A stretch of 64,000 nucleotides of DNA from a virus (IMGVR_UViG_3300014208_000024:224001-288000); one strand, 5' to 3'. Shown: positions 38,840 through 49,151, numbered from the stretch's first letter. A program made the numbers and translations. The notes: generated from the letters alone by a model not told the origin.

Positions 38840-40870
38840 ATGCAAGTTTTAAATATAGAAGAAATTAAAAAAGAATATTCATTTTTGTTTGATGATGAAA
38901 ATAATGGAAAAGAAGTTTATTTTTGTAATTGTGGTTTTGTAACAGAAACCGAAAAAAAATTTGATAGAGACGTAGAAAAACACGAACAAATAAACTATTT
39001 ATTTCCACAAGATACTGGTGATAAAATAAAAATAATAGAAGAAGATGAGTTTGCAGATTTATTTAAAAGTATAAAATTAGCACAAGAAGATTTTTTTATA
39101 ATATGTGATGGATGTGGAAAAAATTTTTCTACATTAGAAAACCAAAAAAAACTTATTGTCAATAATTCTTTTTTTATCTCTGGATATAATATAATGGAAA
39201 GTGAAGATGAATTGTTTTTATATTATGGAAAAATAAAATCAAACATAAAAGAAAAAGAATTCGAATATTTTCTTGATTTTGAACAAAAATATAAATACAT
39301 AAAATACAACAAAACTCTTAATAAGATGTATTTTAAAGATATCGATGTTGATGAGATAGAATTTGATTTAGACAAGATTACAAAAGTAACAGATAATATA
39401 TTCACCGAAGAAGTTCAAAATATTTATAATTTATATTATATTCAATTATATATCAGTAAGCTGGCAAAAAACGTGTCAGATGTAAACAACACAAACGTAG
39501 TAGAGGAACTGTTGGGTGAAGTAAAAAATAGAATTAATCATGCTGGATTAGATTCAATTAAAAAAGTTATATCTATATTCCTGGGCATCATTAAATATTC
39601 AAATTTATCAACTATAGCACTTACAAAAGGATGTAAGTTTTTATATGAGTTAATGAAAGAGTGTGACATACCAAGTGTGGAAAAATTAAAAGAAAGCGGA
39701 TTGACTTCTCCAATACCAATATTTAACTATCTTGTTAGTAATTACATTAAAAAAATAAACGAAGAGGTAAATGAAGACAACAAAGAAATTCATGAATTTT
39801 TATTTAAATCTAGTAAAATAGTTAAAATGGAAATCGATGAAGAATCTGATTTACAAAGAAAACCTTCTGAAAGATTACAGGAAGTGAAAAGTTTTGAAGT
39901 GGTTGAGGGTGAAGAAAAGGAAATGAAAATAAAATACAAAGAAAATGAAAACTATAAATCAAAAGTTATACACAACTCTGGGGCAAACAAATTCCAAGTA
40001 ATGGAAATATCAAATGATGCAAATGCTTCTAAGTTTATATACAAAAACATTAAAAATTTTTCAGATTACAAACAACTGTTGAAATATTTTAAATTCTATG
40101 ATAAACATCAAATTATAAATTTATTACAAAAATATGACCTTGAACTTCTCACAAGAGTTATTGATTTGATTTATTTCAGAGACTCAATGGACATCAAAGA
40201 GTTTGAAAGAATTATAACAATAATAAAAGACTTCACTGTTCAAGAAACATTAAAATATAAACCAACTCTCAATATGAGCAATTTCGTCACAGACTATTCA
40301 AACGTAAATAAATTTGAATTCATATTTTATGATGACAGTGTAATGATGATGGAAGTTCTTGAATTTGATCCAAGAAGAGAGTTTAATAAAATAAAAACAT
40401 ATAAAGAACTAAGAGATTATCACGATAATCTTGTTAAATATTTCAATGTTGTGTCCGACAAAGAAAAAAATGCTAAATTTAAAAGTTTTGTAAATAGGTT
40501 TACATTTTTAGAAAACAAAGAAGATTACGAAGGGCCTATTGAATTTAAATTAATATCTACCCCAGCAATGTTAATAACAGAAGGAGTTCAAATGAAGCAT
40601 AGCGCCTCTTCTTATTCGAAAAAAGTTATTACAGAATCTTACCTTATTGGACAAGTATTCGATAGAACCACAAATCTTTCCGCAGATGAATTAACAAGAT
40701 TCACTATAGGATTTACTTTTGACAGTGTAAATGGTTTGGAATTTCATCAAGTAAAAGGTATGGCAAACAAACCAGGAACAGATAGGTTTAAAAAATTATT
40801 AATGGAATTCCTTACTGCAAAAGATATCTCTTATAGACCAATAAAAGATTTAAAATTGAATAATGAATAA
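38840..40870 (+). CDS. PcfJ-like domain protein with N-terminal Zn ribbon
   Basis: CNCG...CDGC; C-terminal LITEGVQMKHSASSY...RFTIG...FHQVKGMAN (PcfJ-GK pattern). Confidence 0.65.
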   Translation: MQVLNIEEIKKEYSFLFDDENNGKEVYFCNCGFVTETEKKFDRDVEKHEQINYLFPQDTGDKIKIIEEDEFADLFKSIKLAQEDFFIICDGCGKNFSTLENQKKLIVNNSFFISGYNIMESEDELFLYYGKIKSNIKEKEFEYFLDFEQKYKYIKYNKTLNKMYFKDIDVDEIEFDLDKITKVTDNIFTEEVQNIYNLYYIQLYISKLAKNVSDVNNTNVVEELLGEVKNRINHAGLDSIKKVISIFLGIIKYSNLSTIALTKGCKFLYELMKECDIPSVEKLKESGLTSPIPIFNYLVSNYIKKINEEVNEDNKEIHEFLFKSSKIVKMEIDEESDLQRKPSERLQEVKSFEVVEGEEKEMKIKYKENENYKSKVIHNSGANKFQVMEISNDANASKFIYKNIKNFSDYKQLLKYFKFYDKHQIINLLQKYDLELLTRVIDLIYFRDSMDIKEFERIITIIKDFTVQETLKYKPTLNMSNFVTDYSNVNKFEFIFYDDSVMMMEVLEFDPRREFNKIKTYKELRDYHDNLVKYFNVVSDKEKNAKFKSFVNRFTFLENKEDYEGPIEFKLISTPAMLITEGVQMKHSASSYSKKVITESYLIGQVFDRTTNLSADELTRFTIGFTFDSVNGLEFHQVKGMANKPGTDRFKKLLMEFLTAKDISYRPIKDLKLNNE

Positions 40871-41171
40871 TTTAGAAGATCTACTTTGTAAACACATTAA
40901 AAAAGAATCAAGAGAAAAAATAGGTCGAATTATAGATGAAATAAAATCTCTTGGATATGAATTTGTTCACAAAACAGAAGATGGATTTCCGATGTTAATG
41001 GGAGGACTAGAATTTTATGCAAGAAAAGGAACTTTGCTTATGGTTTATGATATAAGAGGATGTTTAACTTTACAATGTAACAAAAAAGATTTCATCAATT
41101 GGGAAGGTGATTTTGTTTGTAAACATTATCCAGCAACTTATTTAACACTGGCATATAGACAAATAACATAA
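40863..41171 (+). CDS. Hypothetical protein
   Basis: 102 aa ORF overlapping the previous stop. Confidence 0.5.
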   Translation: MNNLEDLLCKHIKKESREKIGRIIDEIKSLGYEFVHKTEDGFPMLMGGLEFYARKGTLLMVYDIRGCLTLQCNKKDFINWEGDFVCKHYPATYLTLAYRQIT

Positions 41172-41218
41172 ACACAATAAAAAAAGAATTTTATGCTATT
41201 TATTATAAAACATTTATA

Positions 41219-41701
41219 ATGAAAAATAGCATTAAAAATTTTTTATTAGAATCAGAAAGTGATAAGGATGATAATTTTACTTATATCAAAGGAGATACTA
41301 TTGCAAAAGTTAACGATGTAGACTTTGACAAAAAAGAAGATTATATAAAAATAGACTTTTCTACTACTTATAAAAAGAAATACTCATTTGTAGCAAAACT
41401 AACCGATTTTAAAAAATGGTTAAATAACAGATTAAAAGAAAAAAACGAATCCCCAAATTTATTTCACGACTACCTAGTAAATTTTTTTAATTCTTCGAAA
41501 GAGGCTGATGTAAAACAAATAGACGAAATTATAGACGATACAAATGAAATTATGCCAGATGAAGATATGCCGTCAAATGCTACAAACAGAATGATTGGAA
41601 CAGGTCATACGATGGACTTAGAAAAAATCTTCAAAAGATCTATGCCAAAATCAGTTAGAAATTACTCTGGTAACTTGGGATTAGGAACAGTAGTTTGGTA
41701 A
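41219..41701 (+). CDS. Late protein, putative internal head protein
   Basis: TATTTATT at 41197; begins MKNSIKNFLLESE. Confidence 0.5.
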   Translation: MKNSIKNFLLESESDKDDNFTYIKGDTIAKVNDVDFDKKEDYIKIDFSTTYKKKYSFVAKLTDFKKWLNNRLKEKNESPNLFHDYLVNFFNSSKEADVKQIDEIIDDTNEIMPDEDMPSNATNRMIGTGHTMDLEKIFKRSMPKSVRNYSGNLGLGTVVW

Positions 41702-41711
41702 AAATATAAAA

Positions 41712-42185
41712 ATGAATACAATGAAAGAACAAGACAAAAGAATGTTAGAGATTGCCAAATCATTAGAGGAATCTCATGAAGTTTATAAAGACAACACTAA
41801 AAATGTTGATGAAAACAAAATTTTAGAAGAAAACGAAAGGCTTAAAAAGCTTATTTCTAAAGACACAAATTCAGATTTTAGAGAAATCCGTGAAAATTAT
41901 TATATAGCTGGTAAATTTGGAACTGGCGGAAGGGGCAAAACTGTGAATTCTATTTTAGATGACTATAAAGACAATCCAGCCGTAAAAACACCAAAAGTGT
42001 CTCCATCTAATCTTAAACCAGATGAAGTTCTTGAAGTGTGTATTAAAAGAGTTTTAAAATCTGGAACTCCAGTAAACAATATTACATTTTATGATGAGGT
42101 AAATTGGAATATGATGAACTTAGGTTTCCCAGCTGTAAATGAAATAGACATTAAACAATCCATCCTTTCAATGATAGGAGAATAA
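41712..42185 (+). CDS. Late protein, putative internal head protein
   Basis: Leader with ILEENERLKKLI...EIREN. Confidence 0.5.
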   Translation: MNTMKEQDKRMLEIAKSLEESHEVYKDNTKNVDENKILEENERLKKLISKDTNSDFREIRENYYIAGKFGTGGRGKTVNSILDDYKDNPAVKTPKVSPSNLKPDEVLEVCIKRVLKSGTPVNNITFYDEVNWNMMNLGFPAVNEIDIKQSILSMIGE

Positions 42186-42748
42186 TGAAGTCTTTTCTTA
42201 GAAAAATAATAAAGGAGCAAATTAATTTGCTGTTTGAATCATTTGAGATGAACAATAACAAAAGAAGTTATGTTCCAACCAACGAAGTTTCAAAAACAGC
42301 TCAAACAGCATTAGGGGCTATCAATATAGCTAAACAAAAAGGCATTCAATTATCAAGTATAGATGAAACAGGGAACCAGGGAAGTGGAAAATTAAAAGCA
42401 AGACAGCTTTCTCAAAAACAAAAACAAAGTTTTGTTGAGATGAAAAGGTTGAAATCTTTTTTTGAATCTAACGCTTCTAAAGTAGAAGAGGAAAGAAAAA
42501 AAATTGGAATAATTCAACAAAGAAGAGGTACTGTTGACGAAATGGTTAAATCTAATATGTTATTGGTGTGGAACTTACACGGGGGAGATGCGTGTAAAAA
42601 ATGGGTAACATCAAAATTGTCAGACGCACACGAACAGGGAAATAAGAAAAAAGATAGACTCCGCCAATCTGGTGGAGCTTACAAAAATAATGGAATGGGA
42701 GTTTTTCGTACTCAATATGATCCATCACAACAAAGAATTCATAGATAA
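42185..42748 (+). CDS. Late protein with a domain often associated with phage head genes
   Basis: Leader MKSFLRKIIKEQINLLFES; KARQLS...MKRLKSFFES...WNLHGGDACKKW resembles the ARQL...KRMxSF...WxLWGGDxGxxW family (from recall). Confidence 0.5.
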   Translation: MKSFLRKIIKEQINLLFESFEMNNNKRSYVPTNEVSKTAQTALGAINIAKQKGIQLSSIDETGNQGSGKLKARQLSQKQKQSFVEMKRLKSFFESNASKVEEERKKIGIIQQRRGTVDEMVKSNMLLVWNLHGGDACKKWVTSKLSDAHEQGNKKKDRLRQSGGAYKNNGMGVFRTQYDPSQQRIHR

Positions 42749-42806
42749 TTTTGTTTTCTTATTTTTTTTTCTTATCTTTGTTTTTTAAACTTTAAAAATT
42801 ATAATT

Positions 42807-43379
42807 ATGAGTGAAAAAAACTATTCTGCTTTACAAAATGTTGTAACTCCAGAAATTGCAATCGAAATTAGAGAAAAAGATACTGTTTTTGCTGGAGGCG
42901 CTAAATTTATGGATGCTGATGATGAGCTTTTACAAATTACAAACTGGATAAGATTAAATGCAAATCATAATTCAGAAATTAAGCCTGAAAGAATTAAATA
43001 TCTATATACCACAACTATTAAAAAGGATGGTGGAAGATATGCTCTTGGAACACTGTCTTTAAGATCTGAGGTGGAAAAAATGGTTAATGATGATTTTGAT
43101 TATATCCTTTCTGTGCATTATAAATCATGGAAAGAATTAGATATAGAAAACAAAGTAATTCAGCTTGATAAAATCCTCTGTGGAGTTGATATTGACATTG
43201 ATAATAAAACTAAGAAAATGTCAGTAGATAGCAAAGAATATATAAGCAACTTAAGACATTATGGGCCAGAAAAAGTTCTTAATAGTTCAGAAATAGTTGA
43301 TATGTCTATAGACAGAATTATTGGACAAGAAAAAGAAGAAAGAAAAGTAAATAAAGAAAGAGGAAAAAGAAAAGAATAA
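42807..43379 (+). CDS. Phage metallopeptidase-like protein, apparently lacking Zn ligands
   Basis: IKYLY...GTLS...DFDYILSVHYKSWKEL...QLDKILCG: fold pattern of the putative phage metallopeptidase, but DKILC replaces HELxH. Confidence 0.5.
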   Translation: MSEKNYSALQNVVTPEIAIEIREKDTVFAGGAKFMDADDELLQITNWIRLNANHNSEIKPERIKYLYTTTIKKDGGRYALGTLSLRSEVEKMVNDDFDYILSVHYKSWKELDIENKVIQLDKILCGVDIDIDNKTKKMSVDSKEYISNLRHYGPEKVLNSSEIVDMSIDRIIGQEKEERKVNKERGKRKE

Positions 43380-43625
43380 ATGGAAGATACTAGAAAAAAA
43401 ATGTTATTAGCGGCTTTGTCTCAATGTGTAGCAGAAAAAGACAAAGCTGCTGCTAACATCTCCTTCATTCTGGAGCATGGTTGTATAGATATTTCAAATA
43501 ATATTGTAAATCTGAAAAAAGAATTTGATAATATTTCTCAAGCAGAATTGACAATTGAAGCAATTCAAATGTATTACGCAAAACATTTTCCATTACCAAA
43601 AGAAAAAGAGGAGGAAAACAAATGA
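43380..43625 (+). CDS. Small helical hypothetical protein
   Basis: 81 aa ORF. Confidence 0.55.
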   Translation: MEDTRKKMLLAALSQCVAEKDKAAANISFILEHGCIDISNNIVNLKKEFDNISQAELTIEAIQMYYAKHFPLPKEKEEENK

Positions 43626-43855
43626 TAATAATTCTTAAAATTATACTATCACTTTTTTTAATTTTAGGGGGTTTTATAATAAAAACTCTTTATAAAGACT
43701 TTAAGTTAACTGAAAAAACAGAAGGATACGAAGATCTTATTATTGCAGATAAAATTAAAATGAAATCTATCCTATATTTTTCCATTATTGCAATATTTTC
43801 CTTTTGTTTACTCCTTTTATATTTCGTAATTGTTCCAATGAGTTTGGCATGGTAA
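43622..43855 (+). CDS. Small membrane protein (2 TM)
   Basis: Two hydrophobic segments. Confidence 0.55.
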   Translation: MIIILKIILSLFLILGGFIIKTLYKDFKLTEKTEGYEDLIIADKIKMKSILYFSIIAIFSFCLLLLYFVIVPMSLAW

Positions 43856-44151
43856 GTTTTAAGAAAATATGGAAACACTCACGATTAAGATTTTATATTT
43901 TAAATTCAATATGGAATTATAAATTTTGGCTGTTTTCAAAAAAGATGTACAAAACTGTGTCTTACCAAGTTGAAGATGGTAATTACGATATGAATTTTGA
44001 TTATACATTAAAAAGAAAAAAAAAGACTATATACAAAAAAAGATTCATTGGATATTTCTTTAATAACAATTTATATTTGGATAACCCAGGTTTTAAAATT
44101 GATGATCGAGAAACATGGGAAGCATGGAAAAAAAAGAAATTAGTTAAATAA
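43849..44151 (+). CDS. Hypothetical protein
   Basis: Start re-assigned to ATG 43849. Confidence 0.5.
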   Translation: MVSFKKIWKHSRLRFYILNSIWNYKFWLFSKKMYKTVSYQVEDGNYDMNFDYTLKRKKKTIYKKRFIGYFFNNNLYLDNPGFKIDDRETWEAWKKKKLVK

Positions 44152-44233
44152 AGCTGTGGTGACACAGCTTTATTATTTTAAAATAAATGTGAAAAGGTTT
44201 TTTTTTAATATTTATAAAAAAATCTATTTGCAA

Positions 44234-46030
44234 ATGGAAAAGAAAGAATTATACCCAAAAGGAATTGTAAAACAAACAGATGAATTTGCTCTACGCCAAA
44301 AAATTAAAAAACTGGTGGGAGATAATGTTGAAGAAACAATTAAAGAAGCTACAATTGATGCTTTTAAAGAATTGGGATTTGAAGAAAAAGATGGCTACAT
44401 GTATGTTTTAGCAGCTGGAGGAAAAGATGGCGGAGAAAAAGAGGTTGGAAAAGGAACTGCAAACGGAAAATTAATTGTAACTGTCTCTGTTCCAAAAATG
44501 CTAAATATGGGTGCTGTAAAACCAGTGTCATATATGCAAAAAGTTTCCACTTTCGGTGGAAAAAAATTAGTTTCTGAAATTTATTTAGAAATTCAAGACG
44601 AAACTGTTCATGTGGAATATAAAAACACAGAAGCCGCAGCATTTCATCAATCTTCAGAAAAAGATTCATATTCTGCAAATAAACTAAATAAAAGAGGAAT
44701 TATATCTGGAACAGAAAATGAAAAAACATTCAAGAAAGAATTTAAAGAATTTTTTAAACCTATTGCCGAAGCAGAGGCAAGATATTTAATAGGAACAAAA
44801 ATAGCAAACGACGATAAAGTAGAAAAAAACATGAACGATTCAATTGTAAAAGAAAACAAATATAGTATGAAATTAACAAACATTTTGTCAAGCTCTTATG
44901 AAGATGCTGGCAACCAAATTGAAAAAACCTTAAAGGAATATTTTTTCTTCCCCCCAGAAGACGATAAAGAAAAAGATGCCGACAAAGAAAAAAAGGGTGA
45001 AAAGGGAGAAGAAGAAAGTGGGTCTAAAACTCCAGAAACTTCAACTGGTAAACCAACTGATAAAAAGTTAGTTATTGGAAGTGAAGAAAAAATAGAAGAA
45101 AACGAAAAATCTTTAGAAGAAATCACTGCAACGTTAGCGGCCCCAGCTGGTCCAACCCAAGCTAGTGGAACGAGTGAAACTCCAAACAAAGACTCTGCTG
45201 GTGTTGGATTTGCAAAAAAATTCGGATGGGGAGAGCATAAAGATGATGCAAGCAAAAAACTTGGTTATGAAAAAGTTCAAATGGACGAAGCTGTAAAAAA
45301 TACAACTTATGGAATTATGAGAACTGCTAGGCCACACTTACAAAGACAAGAAGATGGAAGTTATAAATTAATAACAGAATCTCAAACTCCTAAAACCCCA
45401 TATTCAGATGTTGTTCCAATGGGTAAAGATGGATGGCCACCAAAAGGTATGGAAAGTAATTTTGCATTAGGAAAACATGGAGTTAGAGTTAATAGTCCAG
45501 AAGAACTAAAAGAAACTGGACATGGAGAACTAAGTAAATTAGAAAAAGAAACCGAAGAAAAAAAGAAAAAAGAAGAGGAAAACAAAAAAGTTGAAGAAAA
45601 CTATAAAAAGAAACTTGACTTAACAAAAAGAAAATTTACTACACTATCTGAAAACGAAGAAAGTGGAATAAACAAAAGGTATATTATCACAGAAAAACTT
45701 TCAAAAGAAGATCAATCAAAAAGATGGAAAGAGTTGTATGAAAACGATTGTTTTTGTAAAATAAAAGACCAAACAAACACGATTTCAAGAGAAGATTATG
45801 ACAAGAAAGCAAATAAAGAATTTGAAGCAAATAATCCTCCAATGGAGTCAAATTTGTGTAACACTCAATTTTCTGGAGAAGAACCTGGATTTGTAGATGT
45901 TCCAAAAGCAAAAGGAAGTATGATAGTTTTTAGAATTTCTGAATCAGACATTAAACAAAATAAAATATATTTAATTGATCATTTTACAAAAAAACTGGTT
46001 TCTAATCCATTATATAAATCAGGAGAATAA
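44234..46030 (+). CDS. Large K/E-rich late protein, putative internal head/core protein
   Basis: TATTTATA at 44209; start ATG 44234; many hydrophobic-x-E sites (IVKEN, SLEEI, LITES, TLSEN, IITEK). Confidence 0.55.
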   Translation: MEKKELYPKGIVKQTDEFALRQKIKKLVGDNVEETIKEATIDAFKELGFEEKDGYMYVLAAGGKDGGEKEVGKGTANGKLIVTVSVPKMLNMGAVKPVSYMQKVSTFGGKKLVSEIYLEIQDETVHVEYKNTEAAAFHQSSEKDSYSANKLNKRGIISGTENEKTFKKEFKEFFKPIAEAEARYLIGTKIANDDKVEKNMNDSIVKENKYSMKLTNILSSSYEDAGNQIEKTLKEYFFFPPEDDKEKDADKEKKGEKGEEESGSKTPETSTGKPTDKKLVIGSEEKIEENEKSLEEITATLAAPAGPTQASGTSETPNKDSAGVGFAKKFGWGEHKDDASKKLGYEKVQMDEAVKNTTYGIMRTARPHLQRQEDGSYKLITESQTPKTPYSDVVPMGKDGWPPKGMESNFALGKHGVRVNSPEELKETGHGELSKLEKETEEKKKKEEENKKVEENYKKKLDLTKRKFTTLSENEESGINKRYIITEKLSKEDQSKRWKELYENDCFCKIKDQTNTISREDYDKKANKEFEANNPPMESNLCNTQFSGEEPGFVDVPKAKGSMIVFRISESDIKQNKIYLIDHFTKKLVSNPLYKSGE

Positions 46031-46051
46031 TTAAAAAAACATAAAAAAAAT

Positions 46052-46084
46052 AAAGAATCCATCAATTTTGATGGATTTTTTTTT
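46052..46084 (+). terminator. Intrinsic terminator
   Basis: AATCCATCA...TGATGGATT stem plus T-tract. Confidence 0.8.
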
Positions 46085-46127
46085 GATTTTAATATTTATA
46101 GTTATTATATTTAAAAAAAAACATATT

Positions 46128-46655
46128 ATGAATCCAACAAAAGATATTAAAGTAACATTTTTAGAAGAATCAAAACGTGGTGAATTAGAAAAAATCAGAG
46201 TATTTTTCAAAGACATCTTTAACAATGACATTCAAATAGATTTACGTCCAGGTGAAATAGTTTACTCACAAACGAATCATCTTTCTAATTCTTTGAAAAT
46301 ATACTCTAGAAAAGGATTAATAATGGTTGACACAGAAGATAAACCAAGTTTTTTAAAATATTATGTTGGATATAAACAAGAAGAAATCGACAACAAAAGT
46401 TTCCTTTCCAACTTAAAAGATTCTTTAAAAACTCCAAGAGAAATTGAATCGTCTATTACAAACATTGAAATACATGAATCAAAAATTATTGAATGTGAAG
46501 ATGTTAAAACCGTTGTTGATAAAGCAATAGAAAATGTTTCAAAATATTCTCTACAGGAAGTTTCTGATATAAAAAAGAAAAGTAAAAACAAAAAAGGACC
46601 AGGAAGACCAAAAAAAAGAGGTCCAAAAAAAGGAACCAAAAGAAAAAAACAATAA
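46128..46655 (+). CDS. Hypothetical protein with C-terminal AT-hook-like basic tail
   Basis: Ends KKGPGRPKKRGPKKGTKRKKQ; start ATG 46128; TATTTATA at 46093. Confidence 0.55.
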   Translation: MNPTKDIKVTFLEESKRGELEKIRVFFKDIFNNDIQIDLRPGEIVYSQTNHLSNSLKIYSRKGLIMVDTEDKPSFLKYYVGYKQEEIDNKSFLSNLKDSLKTPREIESSITNIEIHESKIIECEDVKTVVDKAIENVSKYSLQEVSDIKKKSKNKKGPGRPKKRGPKKGTKRKKQ

Positions 46656-46661
46656 CACAAT

Positions 46662-46922
46662 ATGGTTATAAAAAGTTTTAAAATAAAAAGGAGAGACTTT
46701 GAAAAAAAACCCATTACTATATTTCAGCATAAATTAAGGGTTTTAATGAAGTGTTATACAATTAAAGATCTTATTCTTGATGAAATAAATTTTACCATAA
46801 CATTCAAAAAGAATCATAAAATAAATGGGTTAAAAATGCAAGACCCAAAACAATACACTGGAAAGTATGAAGTTTTAAATTCAGAAGTTCCAGGTGAAAT
46901 TATTCTTAAATTAATGATATAA
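46662..46922 (+). CDS. Hypothetical protein
   Basis: 86 aa ORF. Confidence 0.5.
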   Translation: MVIKSFKIKRRDFEKKPITIFQHKLRVLMKCYTIKDLILDEINFTITFKKNHKINGLKMQDPKQYTGKYEVLNSEVPGEIILKLMI

Positions 46923-47698
46923 TGAACTCTTTAGGATTAACCAAAAGAGAGCTACACATAAAATCCATTTTTCTTCCAGAAAATAAAAGTGTCAAAAAAG
47001 AATATTTGTCAGAAGAAAAAGTTAATGAGATTATAAAATCCATATCTAACATTGGAGAAAGATATGGATTTGTAGGTGATAAAATAAATCAAGATTTCGA
47101 AAAATCATCTAAAAGAAAACATAAATATGACGTATGGATTGCAAAAGAAATCAAAAAGAATGTTGAGTTATTAAACAATTTTAATAATATCAGATTCATT
47201 TTAGATTGGGCAATTCAAACAAAGGCTGACATATTTACATATTCATTTGAAGAAGCTTTTCTTGAACAAGAAGTATGGCATAAAGAAATGTTTGAAAAAT
47301 ACAACATTGAAGATATTAAAATTCCAGAATTGGACAAAAACAGAATTCTCTTTAGGAGTTCAGATAAAAATCATTTTATATATTTATTAGACTCTGATGA
47401 TTTAAAATATGAAGGTGAAAAAATGGGCATGTGTGTAGGACAACAAATATACAAAAACAAAATAAAAAACGAAAGGTCTATAATAATCTCACTAAGAGAT
47501 GGAAAAAATCAACCACATGTAACTACAGAAATAGATGTTAAAAGCGGAAATATTATTCAACAAAGCGGTAAGGGGAATAGTGAGCCAACAAAAGAATATA
47601 AAAAAATAATGTTGGAATTTGTGTTGTTTGCTACAAATTACGCAAATTTAATCAATAATGAAACAATACGTCTTCTTAATTTAGGTCAAACTCTTTAA
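46922..47698 (+). CDS. PcfJ-like domain protein
   Basis: LKYEGEKMGMCVG...IISLRDGKNQPHVTTEI...IIQQSGKGNSEP. Confidence 0.7.
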   Translation: MNSLGLTKRELHIKSIFLPENKSVKKEYLSEEKVNEIIKSISNIGERYGFVGDKINQDFEKSSKRKHKYDVWIAKEIKKNVELLNNFNNIRFILDWAIQTKADIFTYSFEEAFLEQEVWHKEMFEKYNIEDIKIPELDKNRILFRSSDKNHFIYLLDSDDLKYEGEKMGMCVGQQIYKNKIKNERSIIISLRDGKNQPHVTTEIDVKSGNIIQQSGKGNSEPTKEYKKIMLEFVLFATNYANLINNETIRLLNLGQTL

Positions 47699-47736
47699 AA
47701 TAATATTTTCCTGCCATATTTATAAACAAAAATTAT

Positions 47737-48528
47737 ATGTTAAAAAAAATATTAGATAACTTACAGACTATAATCATAGTGGGTGGAGTAATTTTTTTAC
47801 TTCTTTTTTTGCAACAATGCAATCAAACAAGAAAAATAAAAAACGAATTAAAACGTCAAGAACAAATAGCTAATCAAAACTATGCTGCATTAAATGATTC
47901 GATAAAAATTTATAAAAACAAAGCTGGAAAAACATCTTATAGTAAACCAATAGCAGATATGTCGGTTGAAGAAGTTGAAAAATATTTTCCAGAACTTTAT
48001 GAAAGATTAAAAAATGAATTAGGTGTCGTTAAAATAATATGGAGAACGAGAATTGAATATAGAGACACTGGCTCTGTAAAAAATGCAATTATTAAACTTG
48101 ATAGTAATAAATACGCCTTGAATTATGATTATTATTCACAGGACAGCTCATTGAACATTAATACTACAAATACTTTTTTTGCAAATGTTAAACTTACAAA
48201 TGAAAATATTAATCAATATTCTGTTTCTGTACAGCCAGGAATTTCTACTATAAACAATATAAGTTTAAAACTTGGATTTACTACTGGAATTAAAAAAGAA
48301 GATAATTTGTATAAAATATTTATCTGTCCAGACAATAAAAACGTAACTGTGGGTCAAATAGAGGGCGCAGACGTATCTAATATGATTAATCCACAAATAC
48401 CCCCATCCAAGAATAAAAAATGGTCTGTAGGACCTTATATTGGGTTTGGAATGAGTTTCGGTAAAGGAATCTATCAAATTGGCCCAGGAGTTGGCGTAAG
48501 TATACAATATTCCTTGATTAAATTCTAG
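47737..48528 (+). CDS. Spanin-like envelope protein (N-terminal TM/Cys, coiled coil, C-terminal beta-hairpin)
   Basis: IIIVGGVIFLLLFLQQC anchor; heptad region; C-terminal KKWSVGPYIGFG...GVGVSIQYSLIKF; TATTTATA at 47717. Confidence 0.5.
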   Translation: MLKKILDNLQTIIIVGGVIFLLLFLQQCNQTRKIKNELKRQEQIANQNYAALNDSIKIYKNKAGKTSYSKPIADMSVEEVEKYFPELYERLKNELGVVKIIWRTRIEYRDTGSVKNAIIKLDSNKYALNYDYYSQDSSLNINTTNTFFANVKLTNENINQYSVSVQPGISTINNISLKLGFTTGIKKEDNLYKIFICPDNKNVTVGQIEGADVSNMINPQIPPSKNKKWSVGPYIGFGMSFGKGIYQIGPGVGVSIQYSLIKF

Positions 48529-48562
48529 GAATTTCAAAATATTTATAAAAAACAATAATGTT

Positions 48563-49123
48563 ATGGACACAAATGAAAAAAGCAAAGGCTACGCCGAGAA
48601 ATTAGTTAAATTGTTGGCTAAAAAAATGGATTTAGATGTTTCTAAATATGATATGAAACAACTTGTTCAAGGAATGTTGGTTGAATTGGAACATGGTTCA
48701 AATAATGAAAAAACAAATATCACTAATGACGATCCAGAACAGACTCTTAAGATAGTATTAGCACATTTAGATGAAATTCCAGATTATTATACAAGGCTAA
48801 AAAAAATGGAAGATGAGGCAAGTTCTGTAAAAACAGACAAACAAAACGAAGACTCTGATGAATTAGAAGAAAAAGAAGAAAAAGAAATAACAGTGGAAAA
48901 CTCCTCAAAAAGATTTAAAGAACTTTGTGGAATAGTTGAAAATTCAGAAAAAAAACAACTAAAAAATCCACTGTATCAAGAAAAAAACAAAAAGGTTCTT
49001 TTGAAAGAAGAAATAGATCCAAAAAAATTTGACATTGTTAAATTTAGTAACGATGGGCTTGGAGATAAAGAGTCGGAAGATGAAAAAGATTTATATAAAA
49101 TGATAAAAAAAGTAAAAAAGTAA
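48563..49123 (+). CDS. DUF5661-like protein
   Basis: GMLVELEHG...KIVLAHLDEIPDYYTRLKKME; C-terminal ENSSKRFKELCGIVEN and LLKEE segments; TATTTATA at 48540. Confidence 0.7.
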   Translation: MDTNEKSKGYAEKLVKLLAKKMDLDVSKYDMKQLVQGMLVELEHGSNNEKTNITNDDPEQTLKIVLAHLDEIPDYYTRLKKMEDEASSVKTDKQNEDSDELEEKEEKEITVENSSKRFKELCGIVENSEKKQLKNPLYQEKNKKVLLKEEIDPKKFDIVKFSNDGLGDKESEDEKDLYKMIKKVKK

Positions 49124-49151
49124 AAAATGGGAGTTAAACACTCCCGTTTTT
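49122..49151. terminator. Bidirectional intrinsic terminator
   Basis: A-tract, TGGGAGT-TAAAC-ACTCCCG stem, T-tract. Confidence 0.8.
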
